DNA of 64,000 nt, taken from NCBI GenBank assembly GCA_937900255.1, contig CALCDZ010000003.1, forward strand, positions 63,149-127,148. The letters are read 5' to 3'. This document shows positions 1 to 9,788 of this stretch, piece by piece. The translations under genes were made by a program, and so were the position numbers. Position 1 is the first letter of the stretch. Every line of letters starts with the position of its first letter. This DNA is from an uncultured bacterium (lineage in GTDB: Bacteria > Patescibacteriota > Patescibacteriia > SG8-24 > DYFX01). The notes under the pieces are model-generated. The model saw only the letters and a list, made by a program, of their open reading frames with translations, was not told the origin of the DNA and made no database searches.

Positions 1-2480
1 GCAATGCCATCCAGGACCTCATGATCCGGTTCGAGCGCATGCGCGGCAAAGCCGCCTTGTGGCTGCCCGGCACCGATCATGCCGCCATCGCCACGCAGGT
101 GAAGGTGGAAGGCTTGTTGCGCGAGAAGGGGATGAAGGATCCTAAGCGCGAGCTCGGCCGCGAGAGGTTCCTGGCCGAGGTCGTGAAGTTCGCCGAACAG
201 TCCGGCAAGACCATCGTCCGCCAGACCCGTTCCATGGGTGCCTCCTGCGATTGGTCGCGCGAGGCCTATACGTTCGACAAGCCCCGCAACCGCGCCGTGA
301 ACGCGATGTTCAGGATGATGCACGAGGACGGCCTGATCGAGCGCGGCTACCGCGTCGTCAACTGGGATCCGCAGTTCCAGACCACGCTCTCCGACGACGA
401 GGTCAACATGAAGGAGACGAAGGCGAAGCTCTTGACCTTCACGTACGACAAGGACTTCCCGATCGCCATCTCGACCACACGGCCCGAGACCAAGTTCGGC
501 GACACGGCCGTCGCCGTCCATCCGGACGACGTCCGCTACAAGGAATTCGTCGGCAAGACGTATACGCCGACCTTCTGCGGCAAGAAGATCACGGTCAAAG
601 TCATCGCCGACAAGGCGGTCGACCCGTCTTTCGGCACCGGCGCGCTCGGCGTCACGCCCGCGCATGCGATGATCGACGCCGAGATGGCCGAGCGACACGG
701 CTTGCCGACGGTGCAGGTCATCGGTACCGATGCACGCTTGCTGGAAGCGGCTGGCAAGGATTTTGCCGGACTCACGATCAAGGAGGCACGCGTGAAAGTC
801 GAAGAAACGCTGAAGGAGGCGGGTGTTTTGAAGAACGTCGAGGAGATCTCCCAGAACCTGCCGGTGGCCGAGCGCGGCGGCGCGCCGGTGGAGCAGCTGC
901 CGATGCGGCAGTGGTTCGTGCGCGTCAACAAGCCGTTCGCGCTTCGCCGAGCCACGCTCGGCAAGTGGAAGAAGGGGGAGAAAGTCACGCTGAAGCAGCT
1001 GATGCACGCGGCGGTCGCTTCCAAGGAAATCGCCATCCTCCCGGACCAGTTCGCCAAGGTCTACTTCCATTGGATCGACAACCTGCGCGACTGGTGCATT
1101 TCGCGCCAGATCTGGTTCGGGCACCGCGTACCCGTCTGGTACAAGGGCGAGGAGTTGCGCGTGGCCGACAAGGCGCCGGGCAAAGGTTGGACGCAGGACG
1201 AGGACACGCTCGATACCTGGTTCTCTTCCGGTTCCTGGACCTTCACCACGCTCGGTTGGCCCGATAAGACGGCGGACCTCAAGCGCTTCCACCCCACCGA
1301 TGTCCTTGAGACCGGCCGCGACATCATCTTCTTCTGGGTGGCGCGCATGGTCATGATGTCGACCTACGCGCTCGGCGAGATCCCGTTCAGGACCGTCTAC
1401 CTGCACGGTCTCGTCCGCGACGAGCAAGGCCGCAAGATGTCCAAGTCGCTCGGCAACATCATCGACCCGCTCGATGTCACCGCCAAATACGGCACCGACG
1501 CCGTGCGCCTCTCGCTCGTCATCGGCAACGCTCCCGGCGCCGACACGCGCCTGGGCGACGAGAAGATCGCCAGCTTCCGCAACTTCACCAACAAGCTCTG
1601 GAACATCAGCCGCTTCGTGCTGACGTCCGTCTCGAAACCCGCGCGCGTGAAGGGTAAGCCGGCGCCGAAGACGCTCTCCGACAAGTGGATCATGGCGCGT
1701 CTGGCGACCGTGACCGCCGAGGCGACCGCGCTCATCGGGAAATACGAATTCTCGTCGGCCGGCGAACTGCTCCGTGATTTCACCTGGACCGAGTTCGCCG
1801 ACTGGTACCTGGAGATCGCCAAGATCCAGATGCAGGATCCCAAGCTGAAAGCCTCCACGGAGAAGGTCCTGCTCTACGCGCTCGAACACATCTTGAAGCT
1901 TTGGCACCCTTACATGCCGTTCGTCACGGAAGCGGTCTGGGACATGCTCGCCGGCAATGCCAAGGGCAAGAAGTTCCTGATGATCGAAGCGTGGCCGAAG
2001 GCCGGTAAGACCGCGGTCCCGAAGGATTTCACGCTTCTCCAGGGCATCATCGGGGCCGTCCGCAACATCCGCAGCGAATATAAGGTCGAACCCGCCAAGC
2101 GCGTCGATGCGACGATCGTGGCGGGGACGAAGGCGAAGCTGCTGAAGGATAATGCCGAAGTCATCCGCGCACTGGCGCGCATCGAGACGCTGACGATCGT
2201 GGCGAAGGGGGAGAAGCCGAAGGATGCCGCCTCCGCGATGGTCGGAGGCGTCGAGATCCACCTCCCGCTCTCCGGCATGGTCGACCCCGCCAAGGAAAAG
2301 GCTCGCCTCGAGAAGGAGAAGCAGAACCTTGAGGGGTTCGTGAAGAGCCTCGAAGCCAAGCTCGGCAATCCCGGCTACACCGAGAAGGCTCCGAAAGACG
2401 TGGTCGACAAGACGAAGCAGATGCTGGAAGAGAAGCGGCAGGAACTCGCGAAGATTGACGCGGTGCTCGTCGGGATGTAA
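1..2480 (+). CDS. valS: Valine--tRNA ligase (5' end outside window)
   Basis: Frame open to the window edge; PGTDHAAIATQ, DWCISRQIWFGH, DVLETGRDI and KMSKS motifs; C-terminal coiled-coil arm. Confidence 0.97.
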   Translation, partial: NAIQDLMIRFERMRGKAALWLPGTDHAAIATQVKVEGLLREKGMKDPKRELGRERFLAEVVKFAEQSGKTIVRQTRSMGASCDWSREAYTFDKPRNRAVNAMFRMMHEDGLIERGYRVVNWDPQFQTTLSDDEVNMKETKAKLLTFTYDKDFPIAISTTRPETKFGDTAVAVHPDDVRYKEFVGKTYTPTFCGKKITVKVIADKAVDPSFGTGALGVTPAHAMIDAEMAERHGLPTVQVIGTDARLLEAAGKDFAGLTIKEARVKVEETLKEAGVLKNVEEISQNLPVAERGGAPVEQLPMRQWFVRVNKPFALRRATLGKWKKGEKVTLKQLMHAAVASKEIAILPDQFAKVYFHWIDNLRDWCISRQIWFGHRVPVWYKGEELRVADKAPGKGWTQDEDTLDTWFSSGSWTFTTLGWPDKTADLKRFHPTDVLETGRDIIFFWVARMVMMSTYALGEIPFRTVYLHGLVRDEQGRKMSKSLGNIIDPLDVTAKYGTDAVRLSLVIGNAPGADTRLGDEKIASFRNFTNKLWNISRFVLTSVSKPARVKGKPAPKTLSDKWIMARLATVTAEATALIGKYEFSSAGELLRDFTWTEFADWYLEIAKIQMQDPKLKASTEKVLLYALEHILKLWHPYMPFVTEAVWDMLAGNAKGKKFLMIEAWPKAGKTAVPKDFTLLQGIIGAVRNIRSEYKVEPAKRVDATIVAGTKAKLLKDNAEVIRALARIETLTIVAKGEKPKDAASAMVGGVEIHLPLSGMVDPAKEKARLEKEKQNLEGFVKSLEAKLGNPGYTEKAPKDVVDKTKQMLEEKRQELAKIDAVLVGM

Positions 2481-2517
2481 GGTCCTGGCGAGTTCTTTGT
2501 TCCGCAAGGGAGGCTGC

Positions 2518-3147
2518 ATGTGGACATTCATCGCTGTCGTCTTTTTCCTCACCCTCTTCGTGGTCGCAGTCCGATACGATCTCCTCGGGATCAGGCGCAG
2601 TGATGCATACCGACTGGAGCTTGAGGGAACGCGGCGAGCGTATTGGCGCCTCAACGATGCCCAGTTCGCCTCGATCGCCTTCCATTGCTTGGCGGATTTC
2701 CATGCCAGGAAACTGGTCGTGGAAAACGCCTGCTACGAAGGCCGGAGCCCTGGCAATTGGAACATCCTCGTCGTTGCCGCTCCCCAAGGCGCCATCGGGA
2801 TATTCTGGCGGTTCGGTCTTTCCTTGGTCGAGCCGACTGTTTCTGGAAAGGGAGGGTCGGCCATCGCCTGGATTTCAGCCTATCTGGGCTGTCAGCACGT
2901 CCTGGTCGAGAGGTCATTGACGCCCTCGTCGATCGATACGGCGTATGATCGGCTCCTGGCTTTCAGCCGACTGAGTCGGCGTCGGTATTCTCCGGACCGG
3001 GCGTTGAGCCCCGATGTCTCTTCCGAAATCGTCCAGGCGTTTCTCGGCATCTTCACCGAAGGCAATTCGTTGCTGCCTCCTGAAGCCGGTTTTTCCATCG
3101 GGACAGGGGCACGACTGCCCTCCCCGGCTACCTCAACGCCCATTTGA
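2518..3147 (+). CDS. Hypothetical protein with N-terminal TM helix
   Basis: GGAGG upstream of ATG 2518; hydrophobic N-terminus MWTFIAVVFFLTLFVVAV; fills the intergenic gap. Confidence 0.6.
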   Translation: MWTFIAVVFFLTLFVVAVRYDLLGIRRSDAYRLELEGTRRAYWRLNDAQFASIAFHCLADFHARKLVVENACYEGRSPGNWNILVVAAPQGAIGIFWRFGLSLVEPTVSGKGGSAIAWISAYLGCQHVLVERSLTPSSIDTAYDRLLAFSRLSRRRYSPDRALSPDVSSEIVQAFLGIFTEGNSLLPPEAGFSIGTGARLPSPATSTPI

Positions 3148-3172
3148 CTTCGGGCGGTTTTTTTGTTATGCT
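3144..3172 (+). promoter_or_regulatory. sigma70-type promoter (extended -10)
   Basis: TTGACT-17 nt-TATGCT with TG extension, upstream of the CDS at 3200. Confidence 0.6.
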
Positions 3173-3199
3173 GGCGGAGATTTCCCGTAACATTTCGCC

Positions 3200-4342
3200 A
3201 TGAAGAAGCTCTTCTTCGCCCTCGCGTTCGGCGCCGTTTCGCTGCTCGCGATCCGTCCGGTCCACGCCGCCGGCTTCGGCGATTTGGTGAAGGGTTCGGG
3301 CCCGACCGTCTATTACGTCACGAGCGACCAGAAGCGCCTGGCGTTTCCCGACGAGGCGACGTTCCGCAGCTGGTATGCGGACTTCAGCCCGGTCCGGACG
3401 GTTTCGGACGACGAGCTTTCCCAGCTGCCGTTCGCGGGCCAAGTACCTCTTCGGCCCGGTTCTCGGCCGATCAAAGGCGCCTCCGAAGCGCGCATCTACG
3501 GCATCGACCGCGACGGCAACCTGCGCTGGCTTTCGACCGAAGGCATCGCCCGCATGATCTACGGCGACGATTGGAACCGCAAGATCGCCGTCGTGCCCGA
3601 CACCGCGCTGGCCGAATATGGCCGCGGAGCCGACGTCACCGGTCCGAACCAGTTCTGGTGGAAGGCGGAACGCGACGCTTCCCCGAACCTCCAAGAGGCC
3701 AACGCCCGCCGCAGCGCCTCGGCAGCCTCTCCTGCCAAGCCCTCCGTCGCCAACCCTGCCGTAACGCCCGCCGCTTCATCGACGGCGCCGACCCGCATCA
3801 TCATCCTTCCGACCGTCATCAACGACGACGGCGGCCACGGCAAGGAAGGGGACGTCGACTATCTGATCAACGGTGCCTTGGTCATGCCGCAGGACGGCAT
3901 CAACGTCTTGCCCGGCAGCTACACCATCTATCACGGCCAGTTTCCGGGCTACGCGGCTTCGGCCTGGTCGGGCGATTGTTCGGCCGACGGCGTCGTCACC
4001 GTTCCGGCCAATCAGACCCGCGCGTGCTTCATCACCTTCAACGACATTCCCGACGCGACCTTCGGCAGCAAGTCGAACCAGCCGCCGAAGCTGACGCTCT
4101 TCTCGTACGTGCAGAACCATCATGGCGGCACGGCGCGCGACCAGGACATCAAGCTGTTCATCGGCAGCATGCAGGTCACGAGCGGCCAGCCGTCGACCCT
4201 CAGCCCCAACGACTACACGGTCTACCGCGTCGTGCCGCAGGGCTACGCGGCGTACGACTGGGGCGGAGACTGTTCCCCGAAAGGCACGGTGGCGCTCCGT
4301 AACGGCGACGACAAGACCTGCACGATCACGCTCCACGACTGA
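3200..4342 (+). CDS. Secreted/surface protein: CPR-type N-terminal tandem domain, P/A/S linker, two SpaA/prealbumin-like beta-sandwich repeats
   Basis: Signal peptide ending VHA; GDLVKGSGPTVYYV...KRLAFPDEATFRSW domain; two C-terminal repeats of VxNxxGG...YT...GY...WxGDC...G...CxITxxD. Confidence 0.75.
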   Translation: MKKLFFALAFGAVSLLAIRPVHAAGFGDLVKGSGPTVYYVTSDQKRLAFPDEATFRSWYADFSPVRTVSDDELSQLPFAGQVPLRPGSRPIKGASEARIYGIDRDGNLRWLSTEGIARMIYGDDWNRKIAVVPDTALAEYGRGADVTGPNQFWWKAERDASPNLQEANARRSASAASPAKPSVANPAVTPAASSTAPTRIIILPTVINDDGGHGKEGDVDYLINGALVMPQDGINVLPGSYTIYHGQFPGYAASAWSGDCSADGVVTVPANQTRACFITFNDIPDATFGSKSNQPPKLTLFSYVQNHHGGTARDQDIKLFIGSMQVTSGQPSTLSPNDYTVYRVVPQGYAAYDWGGDCSPKGTVALRNGDDKTCTITLHD

Positions 4343-4359
4343 ACCGGAACCGCGAAATG

Positions 4360-4400
4360 ACCGCCCAGGGCTTGACCTCGGGCGGTTTTTCTTCTATCCT
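4360..4400 (+). promoter_or_regulatory. Terminator-like hairpin overlapping a sigma70 promoter
   Basis: ACCGCCC...GGGCGGT+T tract; TTGACC (4372)-17 nt-TATCCT (4395). Confidence 0.5.
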
Positions 4401-4425
4401 CGCCGCATCGTTCATTGGAGGTCCT

Positions 4426-5073
4426 GTGCCAGCATTCAAGAAGCGTCTCTCGTCCTTTGCCGCGCGTTCGTCGGACCCGATCCTCGTCATCATGTGGCTG
4501 TACCTGTCCTACGTGTGGTGGCAGATGTTTTTCATCATCCCGGGCGCCGTCGCCGCATCCTGGATTTTCTGGGGCCGGGTGGTTCCGGCGTACAAGCTGA
4601 AAAGCAGAATGCGGCAGCTGCGGCCGGAGGTCGAAGCGCGTCTCGATGAGATGATCGCTCTCGCCGAATCCCTGTCCAGAAAGCGTGAGTTGGAGGACGC
4701 GGTCCTCAGGAATGATGTCGTGCGCTCTCCGGACCGAGAGGCTGAGAGCCTCTCCCTGCGCGGCCAAGGCGGCAGGGTGTACGTGCTCGAGACCGTCTTC
4801 CTGTACGGCAGACGGCATGACAATCGGGTAAACCTCTGCATGAGGATGTATGACGGCGGAAGAGAAGCGCACCGCCTGGACTACCCGGAGCCCGGGGATT
4901 TTTTCCTGGCCGGAGATTGGCTCATATGTCGTCTCGCTACTTTGCGCGGTCTGGTCGGTTGGGAATCATATGGGGATCGCGCACGTCGCGAACTCCGCCG
5001 GAAGCTGGCTTTGTTGGGCATCGATCTCGGCCCTGTCCTCGATGACCGGCGCAAGCCGCCCGGAGCGGCCTGA
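4426..5073 (+). CDS. Hypothetical membrane protein
   Basis: GGAGG then in-frame GTG 4426, downstream of the promoter; two hydrophobic segments near the N-terminus. Confidence 0.55.
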   Translation: MPAFKKRLSSFAARSSDPILVIMWLYLSYVWWQMFFIIPGAVAASWIFWGRVVPAYKLKSRMRQLRPEVEARLDEMIALAESLSRKRELEDAVLRNDVVRSPDREAESLSLRGQGGRVYVLETVFLYGRRHDNRVNLCMRMYDGGREAHRLDYPEPGDFFLAGDWLICRLATLRGLVGWESYGDRARRELRRKLALLGIDLGPVLDDRRKPPGAA

Positions 5074-5100
5074 GCGCGGTTCCGGCCGCCTCCGCTCTCG

Positions 5101-5124
5101 ACAACCCCCTCGGGTTGTTTTTTT
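5101..5124 (+). terminator. Intrinsic terminator
   Basis: ACAACCC-CCTC-GGGTTGT followed by a T run. Confidence 0.7.
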
Positions 5125-5151
5125 GTCCCATTCCCGCTAAAGTCTCCGCAT

Positions 5152-6333
5152 ATGAAAGTCCCGTCCGACGCCGACATCGCCCGCTTGCTCGATCACCAGG
5201 TCGCCGACGTCATCGTCCGTGAAAGCCTGGAGAAGAAGCTCCGCTCCGGCCGGAAGCTGAGGATCAAGCTGGGTGCCGATCCGTCACGTCCGGACCTGCA
5301 CATCGGGCACGCCGTCGTGCTCCGCAAGCTCCGCGCCTTCCAGGACCTGGGCCACACGGTCATCTTCCTGATCGGCGACTTCACCGCGCTCATCGGCGAT
5401 CCCACCGGCAAGTCCAAGACCCGTCCGATGCTCACTACCAAGGAGATCAAGGCCAACGCCGCCACCTACCTCAAGCAGGTCGGGAAGATCCTGGACGTGA
5501 AGAAAGGGGAGATCCGCTATAACAGCGAATGGCTCGGCAAGCTCAAGGCCGCCGATTTCGTCTCGCTCTGCGCGCAGTTCACGGTCGCCCGCATCATCGA
5601 GCGCGATGATTTTTCGAAGCGCCTTTCCGCCAACTCCGACGTCCACATGCACGAGCTCCTCTACCCGATGCTCCAAGCCTACGATTCGATTGCGCTGCGG
5701 GCCGACGTCGAGCTCGGCGCTACCGACCAGACCTTCAACCTCCTGGCCGGCCGCGCCCTGATGAGCAAGAAGGAGCTTCCGCCGCAGGACGTCCTGACGA
5801 CGCCGATCTTGGTCGGCACCGACGGCGTGGAAAAGATGAGCAAATCGCTCGGCAACTACATCGGCATCATGGATTCCGCCGAAGAGATGTTCGGCAAGAC
5901 CATGTCGATCCCCGACAGCGCCCTCGGCAATTGGCTGGAACTCGCGGCGGATTATACGAAGGAAGAAGTCGAGAACGAGAAAGCCGCCCTCAAGAAGGGG
6001 GAGAACCCCCGCGACGTGAAGATGCGCCTGGCCAAGAGGCTGACGGCGATGTACCACGACGGAAAATCCTCTGACGCGGCCGAGGCCGGCTTCAAGGCCC
6101 GTTTCCAGAAGGGCGAGATGCCGACGGAGATCAGGGAGTGGGCGCTCGGGAAACCGATGAAGCTCTACGAGGCGGTCGCCGCCGCTTTCGGCGTCTCGAA
6201 TTCGCAGGCCCGCCGCGACATCGAAGCCGGCGGTGTGAAGATCGACGGCGGCGCCGTGAAAGACCCGATGGTCGCGGTGGAGAAAGGCATCGTCCTTCAG
6301 AAAGGCAAGCTGCACTTCGTGAGACTCGTTTAA
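5152..6333 (+). CDS. tyrS: Tyrosine--tRNA ligase
   Basis: KLGADPSRPDLHIGH, YPMLQAYD, KMSKS; C-terminal S4 domain. Confidence 0.97.
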   Translation: MKVPSDADIARLLDHQVADVIVRESLEKKLRSGRKLRIKLGADPSRPDLHIGHAVVLRKLRAFQDLGHTVIFLIGDFTALIGDPTGKSKTRPMLTTKEIKANAATYLKQVGKILDVKKGEIRYNSEWLGKLKAADFVSLCAQFTVARIIERDDFSKRLSANSDVHMHELLYPMLQAYDSIALRADVELGATDQTFNLLAGRALMSKKELPPQDVLTTPILVGTDGVEKMSKSLGNYIGIMDSAEEMFGKTMSIPDSALGNWLELAADYTKEEVENEKAALKKGENPRDVKMRLAKRLTAMYHDGKSSDAAEAGFKARFQKGEMPTEIREWALGKPMKLYEAVAAAFGVSNSQARRDIEAGGVKIDGGAVKDPMVAVEKGIVLQKGKLHFVRLV

Positions 6334-6349
6334 GGTCGCGACGAGCGCT

Positions 6350-8053
6350 ATGTACCTGATCGAATCCCTGAAATCGAACCTGGCCGTCGCGCTTGCGCGG
6401 GCATCGGCGACGGAGATCCCTCCGGACGCTTTGGAATACCCCGAACTCCCCGAGAACGGCGATCTGGCGTTCCCGTGCTTCCAATTGGCGAAAAGCCTGA
6501 AGCAGGCCCCACCGAAGATCGCGGCCGAGCTGGCCGGAAAGCTCGATCTGCCAGCGGATTTCGAGCGGGTCGAAGCGAAAGGACCCTACCTCAATTTTTT
6601 CCTGAAGAAGGAAGCCGTCATCGAACAGGTTTCGGCTGAAGTCGACGAACACTACGGCGACCGGAAACCGGAGAAGCCGGAAAAGGTGATGATCGAGTAC
6701 GTCAGCCCCAACAACAACAAGCCGCTGCACCTCGGCCACGTCCGCAACGGCCTGCTCGGTTCGGCGATCGCGAGCCTGCTCGAATCGCAGGGCGTGCAGG
6801 TGGTGCGCGCGCTGCTCCTGAACGACCGCGGCTTGGCGATCGCGAAGGCCATGGTCGCCTATATCCGCTGGGGCGAGGGCAGGACGCCAGACGATCTCGG
6901 CAAGAAAGGTGATCGCTACCTCGGCGATCTGTACGTCCTGTACGAGAAGTCCGCAAAGACCGACGAGTCGCTGGAGAAGGATGCCCATGACATCATCCGC
7001 AAATGGGAGGAGGGCGACGCCGAGACGCGCAAGCTTTGGCGCACGATGAGCGATTGGTGCGAAGCCGGGCAGCATGAGACCTACAGACGCTTCGGGTTCC
7101 TTTTCGACGTCGAGTACAAGGAATCGGAGATCTATAAGGAGGGAAAAGAGATCGTCGAACTCGGCCTCGCGAAAGGCGTCTTCCGGAAGGACGAGACCGG
7201 CGCCGTCATCGCGGACCTGGAAGCGCATGGCCTGCCGAATAAGGTCGTCCTGCGCTCCGACGGCACCGCGCTCTACATCACGCAGGACCTGCACCTCGCC
7301 AAGAAAAAGTTCGACGAGCAAGGGCTCGACGCCTCCGTCTACGTCGTGGCGGACGAGCAGAACCTGCACTTCCGGCAGCTCTTCAAGATCCTGGAACTGC
7401 TCGGGTTCCCGTGGGCCGCGAAGCTCAGGCATCTTTCGTACGGCCTCGTGGCTTTGCCTGAAGGCCGCATGAAGTCGCGCGAAGGAACGGTCGTCGACGC
7501 CGACGACCTGCTCTCCGCGCTCGAGACCGATGCCGCCGTCGAGATCCGCCAGCGCCACCTCGCGCTTTCCGACGACGAGACGCTCCGTCGCGCGCGGCAA
7601 GTCGCTCTCGCCGCCGTGAAGTTCTATTTCCTGGACGTGGACATCGCCTCCGGGATGATCTACGACCCGAAGGCCTCGCTCGCCTTCGCCGGCAAGACCG
7701 GTCCGTACCTGCAGTACATGCACGCCCGCATCCGCAGCCTCGTCCGAAAATCCGAGGAGACCGAGGCGGAAGGGGAGGGACGCGAGGCCAAGGACGAGGA
7801 GTTCCAGCTGTCCCTTGCTCTGGCGCGTTTTCCGGAAGCGGTCCGCCGCGCCGCGACGCAGTTGCGGCCCTCGCTCGTGGCCGCGCAGCTGTACGAGATC
7901 GCCCGCGCCGTCGCCGCTTTGTATGAGAACGTCCCGGTCCTGAACGCTTCCAAGCAAGATCGCGCGGCCCGACTGCGCCTCCTGGAGGCCGCTGCCCGCG
8001 CGCTCAAGCGCGGAGCGCACCTACTGGGGTTCGAGGTGCCGGAGGAGATGTAA
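6350..8053 (+). CDS. argS: Arginine--tRNA ligase
   Basis: IEYVSPNNNKPLHLGH, SDGTALYITQD, MKSREG, TGPYLQYMHARI. Confidence 0.97.
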   Translation: MYLIESLKSNLAVALARASATEIPPDALEYPELPENGDLAFPCFQLAKSLKQAPPKIAAELAGKLDLPADFERVEAKGPYLNFFLKKEAVIEQVSAEVDEHYGDRKPEKPEKVMIEYVSPNNNKPLHLGHVRNGLLGSAIASLLESQGVQVVRALLLNDRGLAIAKAMVAYIRWGEGRTPDDLGKKGDRYLGDLYVLYEKSAKTDESLEKDAHDIIRKWEEGDAETRKLWRTMSDWCEAGQHETYRRFGFLFDVEYKESEIYKEGKEIVELGLAKGVFRKDETGAVIADLEAHGLPNKVVLRSDGTALYITQDLHLAKKKFDEQGLDASVYVVADEQNLHFRQLFKILELLGFPWAAKLRHLSYGLVALPEGRMKSREGTVVDADDLLSALETDAAVEIRQRHLALSDDETLRRARQVALAAVKFYFLDVDIASGMIYDPKASLAFAGKTGPYLQYMHARIRSLVRKSEETEAEGEGREAKDEEFQLSLALARFPEAVRRAATQLRPSLVAAQLYEIARAVAALYENVPVLNASKQDRAARLRLLEAAARALKRGAHLLGFEVPEEM

Positions 8054-8075
8054 GAAACAAGGAAATGATCCGCCC

Positions 8076-9149
8076 ATGCCATCGACGCCTTACTTGATGG
8101 TCGATCTTGCGCGCGTGCAGTCCACGCGCCGCAACCTCGATAAGATCTTCGGGAGCCGTCTCGAAGTTTTTTATGCCGTCAAAGCGAACCGTCATCTTGA
8201 AATACTGAAAACCCTCTTAAGCGAAGGATGCGGTTTTGACGTCGCCTCGATGAACGAAGTCCGGATTTGCATGGGCATCGGATGCCCGCCCGGGAAAATC
8301 GCCTTTTCCAACCCCATCAAGTCGCCCTCGGAAATACGCGAAGCTTATAAGCTTGGCGTCCGCCTGTTCAGCGCCGATTCAGAAGCTGAAATACGGAAGC
8401 TTTCGGAGCTGGCGCCGGGTTCGGATATCTACATCCGTCTCGCTGTCTCCAACGAAGGCAGCGTCTGGCCTTTGACCCGTAAATTCGGCGTCGAACGTCC
8501 TGAGGCCGTAAGCCTGCTTTCTCAAGCCGTGCATCTCGGACTCAACCCCGTCGGATTGACGTTTCATGTCGGTTCTCAATGCTTGAACCCTGAAAACTGG
8601 GAAAAAGCCATCGACGCATGCGCGGAGGTGTTCACTGCGGCCAGGCGGGAGGGGATCAAACTGAAGCTTCTCAATTTGGGAGGCGGACTTCCCGCGCTGG
8701 AGGCCATGACGCAACCGCCTTCGATCGAGGAAATTGGGAGGCGCGTCGTCGGGCGTATCGAGCGGCATTTTTCTCGCGATGTCAGGGTATTGATTGAACC
8801 GGGCCGCCACATGGTCGCGACATCCGGTACGCTCGTGGCGAGCGTCATCGGAGAGGCGGAAAGGCGCGGCGAGCATTGGATCTACCTGGACGCGGGCGTC
8901 TACAACGGGCTCATGGAGATCCATGAGAAATTCCCGTACGAGGTCCGCACCGAACATCCCTCTCGTGAGAAGCGGTCGTACGTCATGGCAGGGCCGACCT
9001 GCGACAGCGTCGACGTCATCTTCAAGAGCATCGTCTTGCCGAAAGTGGAACTGGGCGACCGGATTCTTTTCATGAATGCCGGGGCCTATACGACCGGCTA
9101 CGACCGCTATAACGGTTTTGATTTTCCGGAAACCGTCATAAAGAAATAA
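8076..9149 (+). CDS. Fold-type III PLP decarboxylase, ornithine/lysine decarboxylase type
   Basis: FYAVKAN (PLP lysine), FDVAS, HVGSQ, GGG, EPGR, GPTCDSVD (CD as in ODC, not CE as in LysA), GAYT. Confidence 0.88.
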   Translation: MPSTPYLMVDLARVQSTRRNLDKIFGSRLEVFYAVKANRHLEILKTLLSEGCGFDVASMNEVRICMGIGCPPGKIAFSNPIKSPSEIREAYKLGVRLFSADSEAEIRKLSELAPGSDIYIRLAVSNEGSVWPLTRKFGVERPEAVSLLSQAVHLGLNPVGLTFHVGSQCLNPENWEKAIDACAEVFTAARREGIKLKLLNLGGGLPALEAMTQPPSIEEIGRRVVGRIERHFSRDVRVLIEPGRHMVATSGTLVASVIGEAERRGEHWIYLDAGVYNGLMEIHEKFPYEVRTEHPSREKRSYVMAGPTCDSVDVIFKSIVLPKVELGDRILFMNAGAYTTGYDRYNGFDFPETVIKK

Positions 9150-9158
9150 GGCCCCTTT

Positions 9159-9752
9159 CTAAGGCGCCTTTTTGCCGAAGCTGATGGAGAAGTACACCTG
9201 CTCTCCCAGCCGTCTCGCGTCCGGATCGGCCTCGATGCCGAGATTCGTGAGCGCTTTGCGGTACACGCCGGTGAAATAGTCGAGATTGAACCAGGCATGC
9301 TTGCCGGACGCATAGTCCGATGCGATCATCCAGCCTCGTTCCCAGAAATATCGTGCGTGCTCTTCGAAGAGCATGATCGAGCACCCACGTCCTTGGTACT
9401 CGTTTCGGACGAAGAGGATCGGCATGTACCAGAGCCTTCCCTCCGCGACGGCTTCCGGATGCTGCTGTCGCAGGACGTCCGGATTGACGTAGGCGATACG
9501 CGCTTTTTCCAGATTGTTCGTCCCGCCGATCGCGCCGACGACCGTATCGCCGTGGAACAGGAGGTGTATAATGTACTCAGGGTCACGCAGGGCCTCCGCG
9601 AAGGTCTCGGCCGAGTAGCAGCGCTGCTCCTGGATGCAGGAGTCTGCTACTCCGCCGTGCGCCTCTTCATACCCTTCCCAACATTTCCGGATGATTTCCG
9701 GGTCATGGATGGCAGAGACGGTCTCGGTACGGAATGCGCTTGAATCATGCAT
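9159..9752 (-). CDS. GNAT-fold acyltransferase-like protein
   Basis: Acyl-CoA-binding motif A-like LFVRNEYQGRG; GGAGG upstream of ATG. Confidence 0.7.
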   Translation of the reverse strand: MHDSSAFRTETVSAIHDPEIIRKCWEGYEEAHGGVADSCIQEQRCYSAETFAEALRDPEYIIHLLFHGDTVVGAIGGTNNLEKARIAYVNPDVLRQQHPEAVAEGRLWYMPILFVRNEYQGRGCSIMLFEEHARYFWERGWMIASDYASGKHAWFNLDYFTGVYRKALTNLGIEADPDARRLGEQVYFSISFGKKAP

Positions 9753-9788
9753 CGTAGGGCACCTCCGCCCTGAACCTAAAGGAAAAAC

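Noticed and set aside
8076-9149. Calling the decarboxylase lysA because it follows argS
   Set aside because: GPTCD specificity motif, short length and AVKAN/FSNPIK fit ODC-type enzymes; DAP decarboxylases typically have CE.
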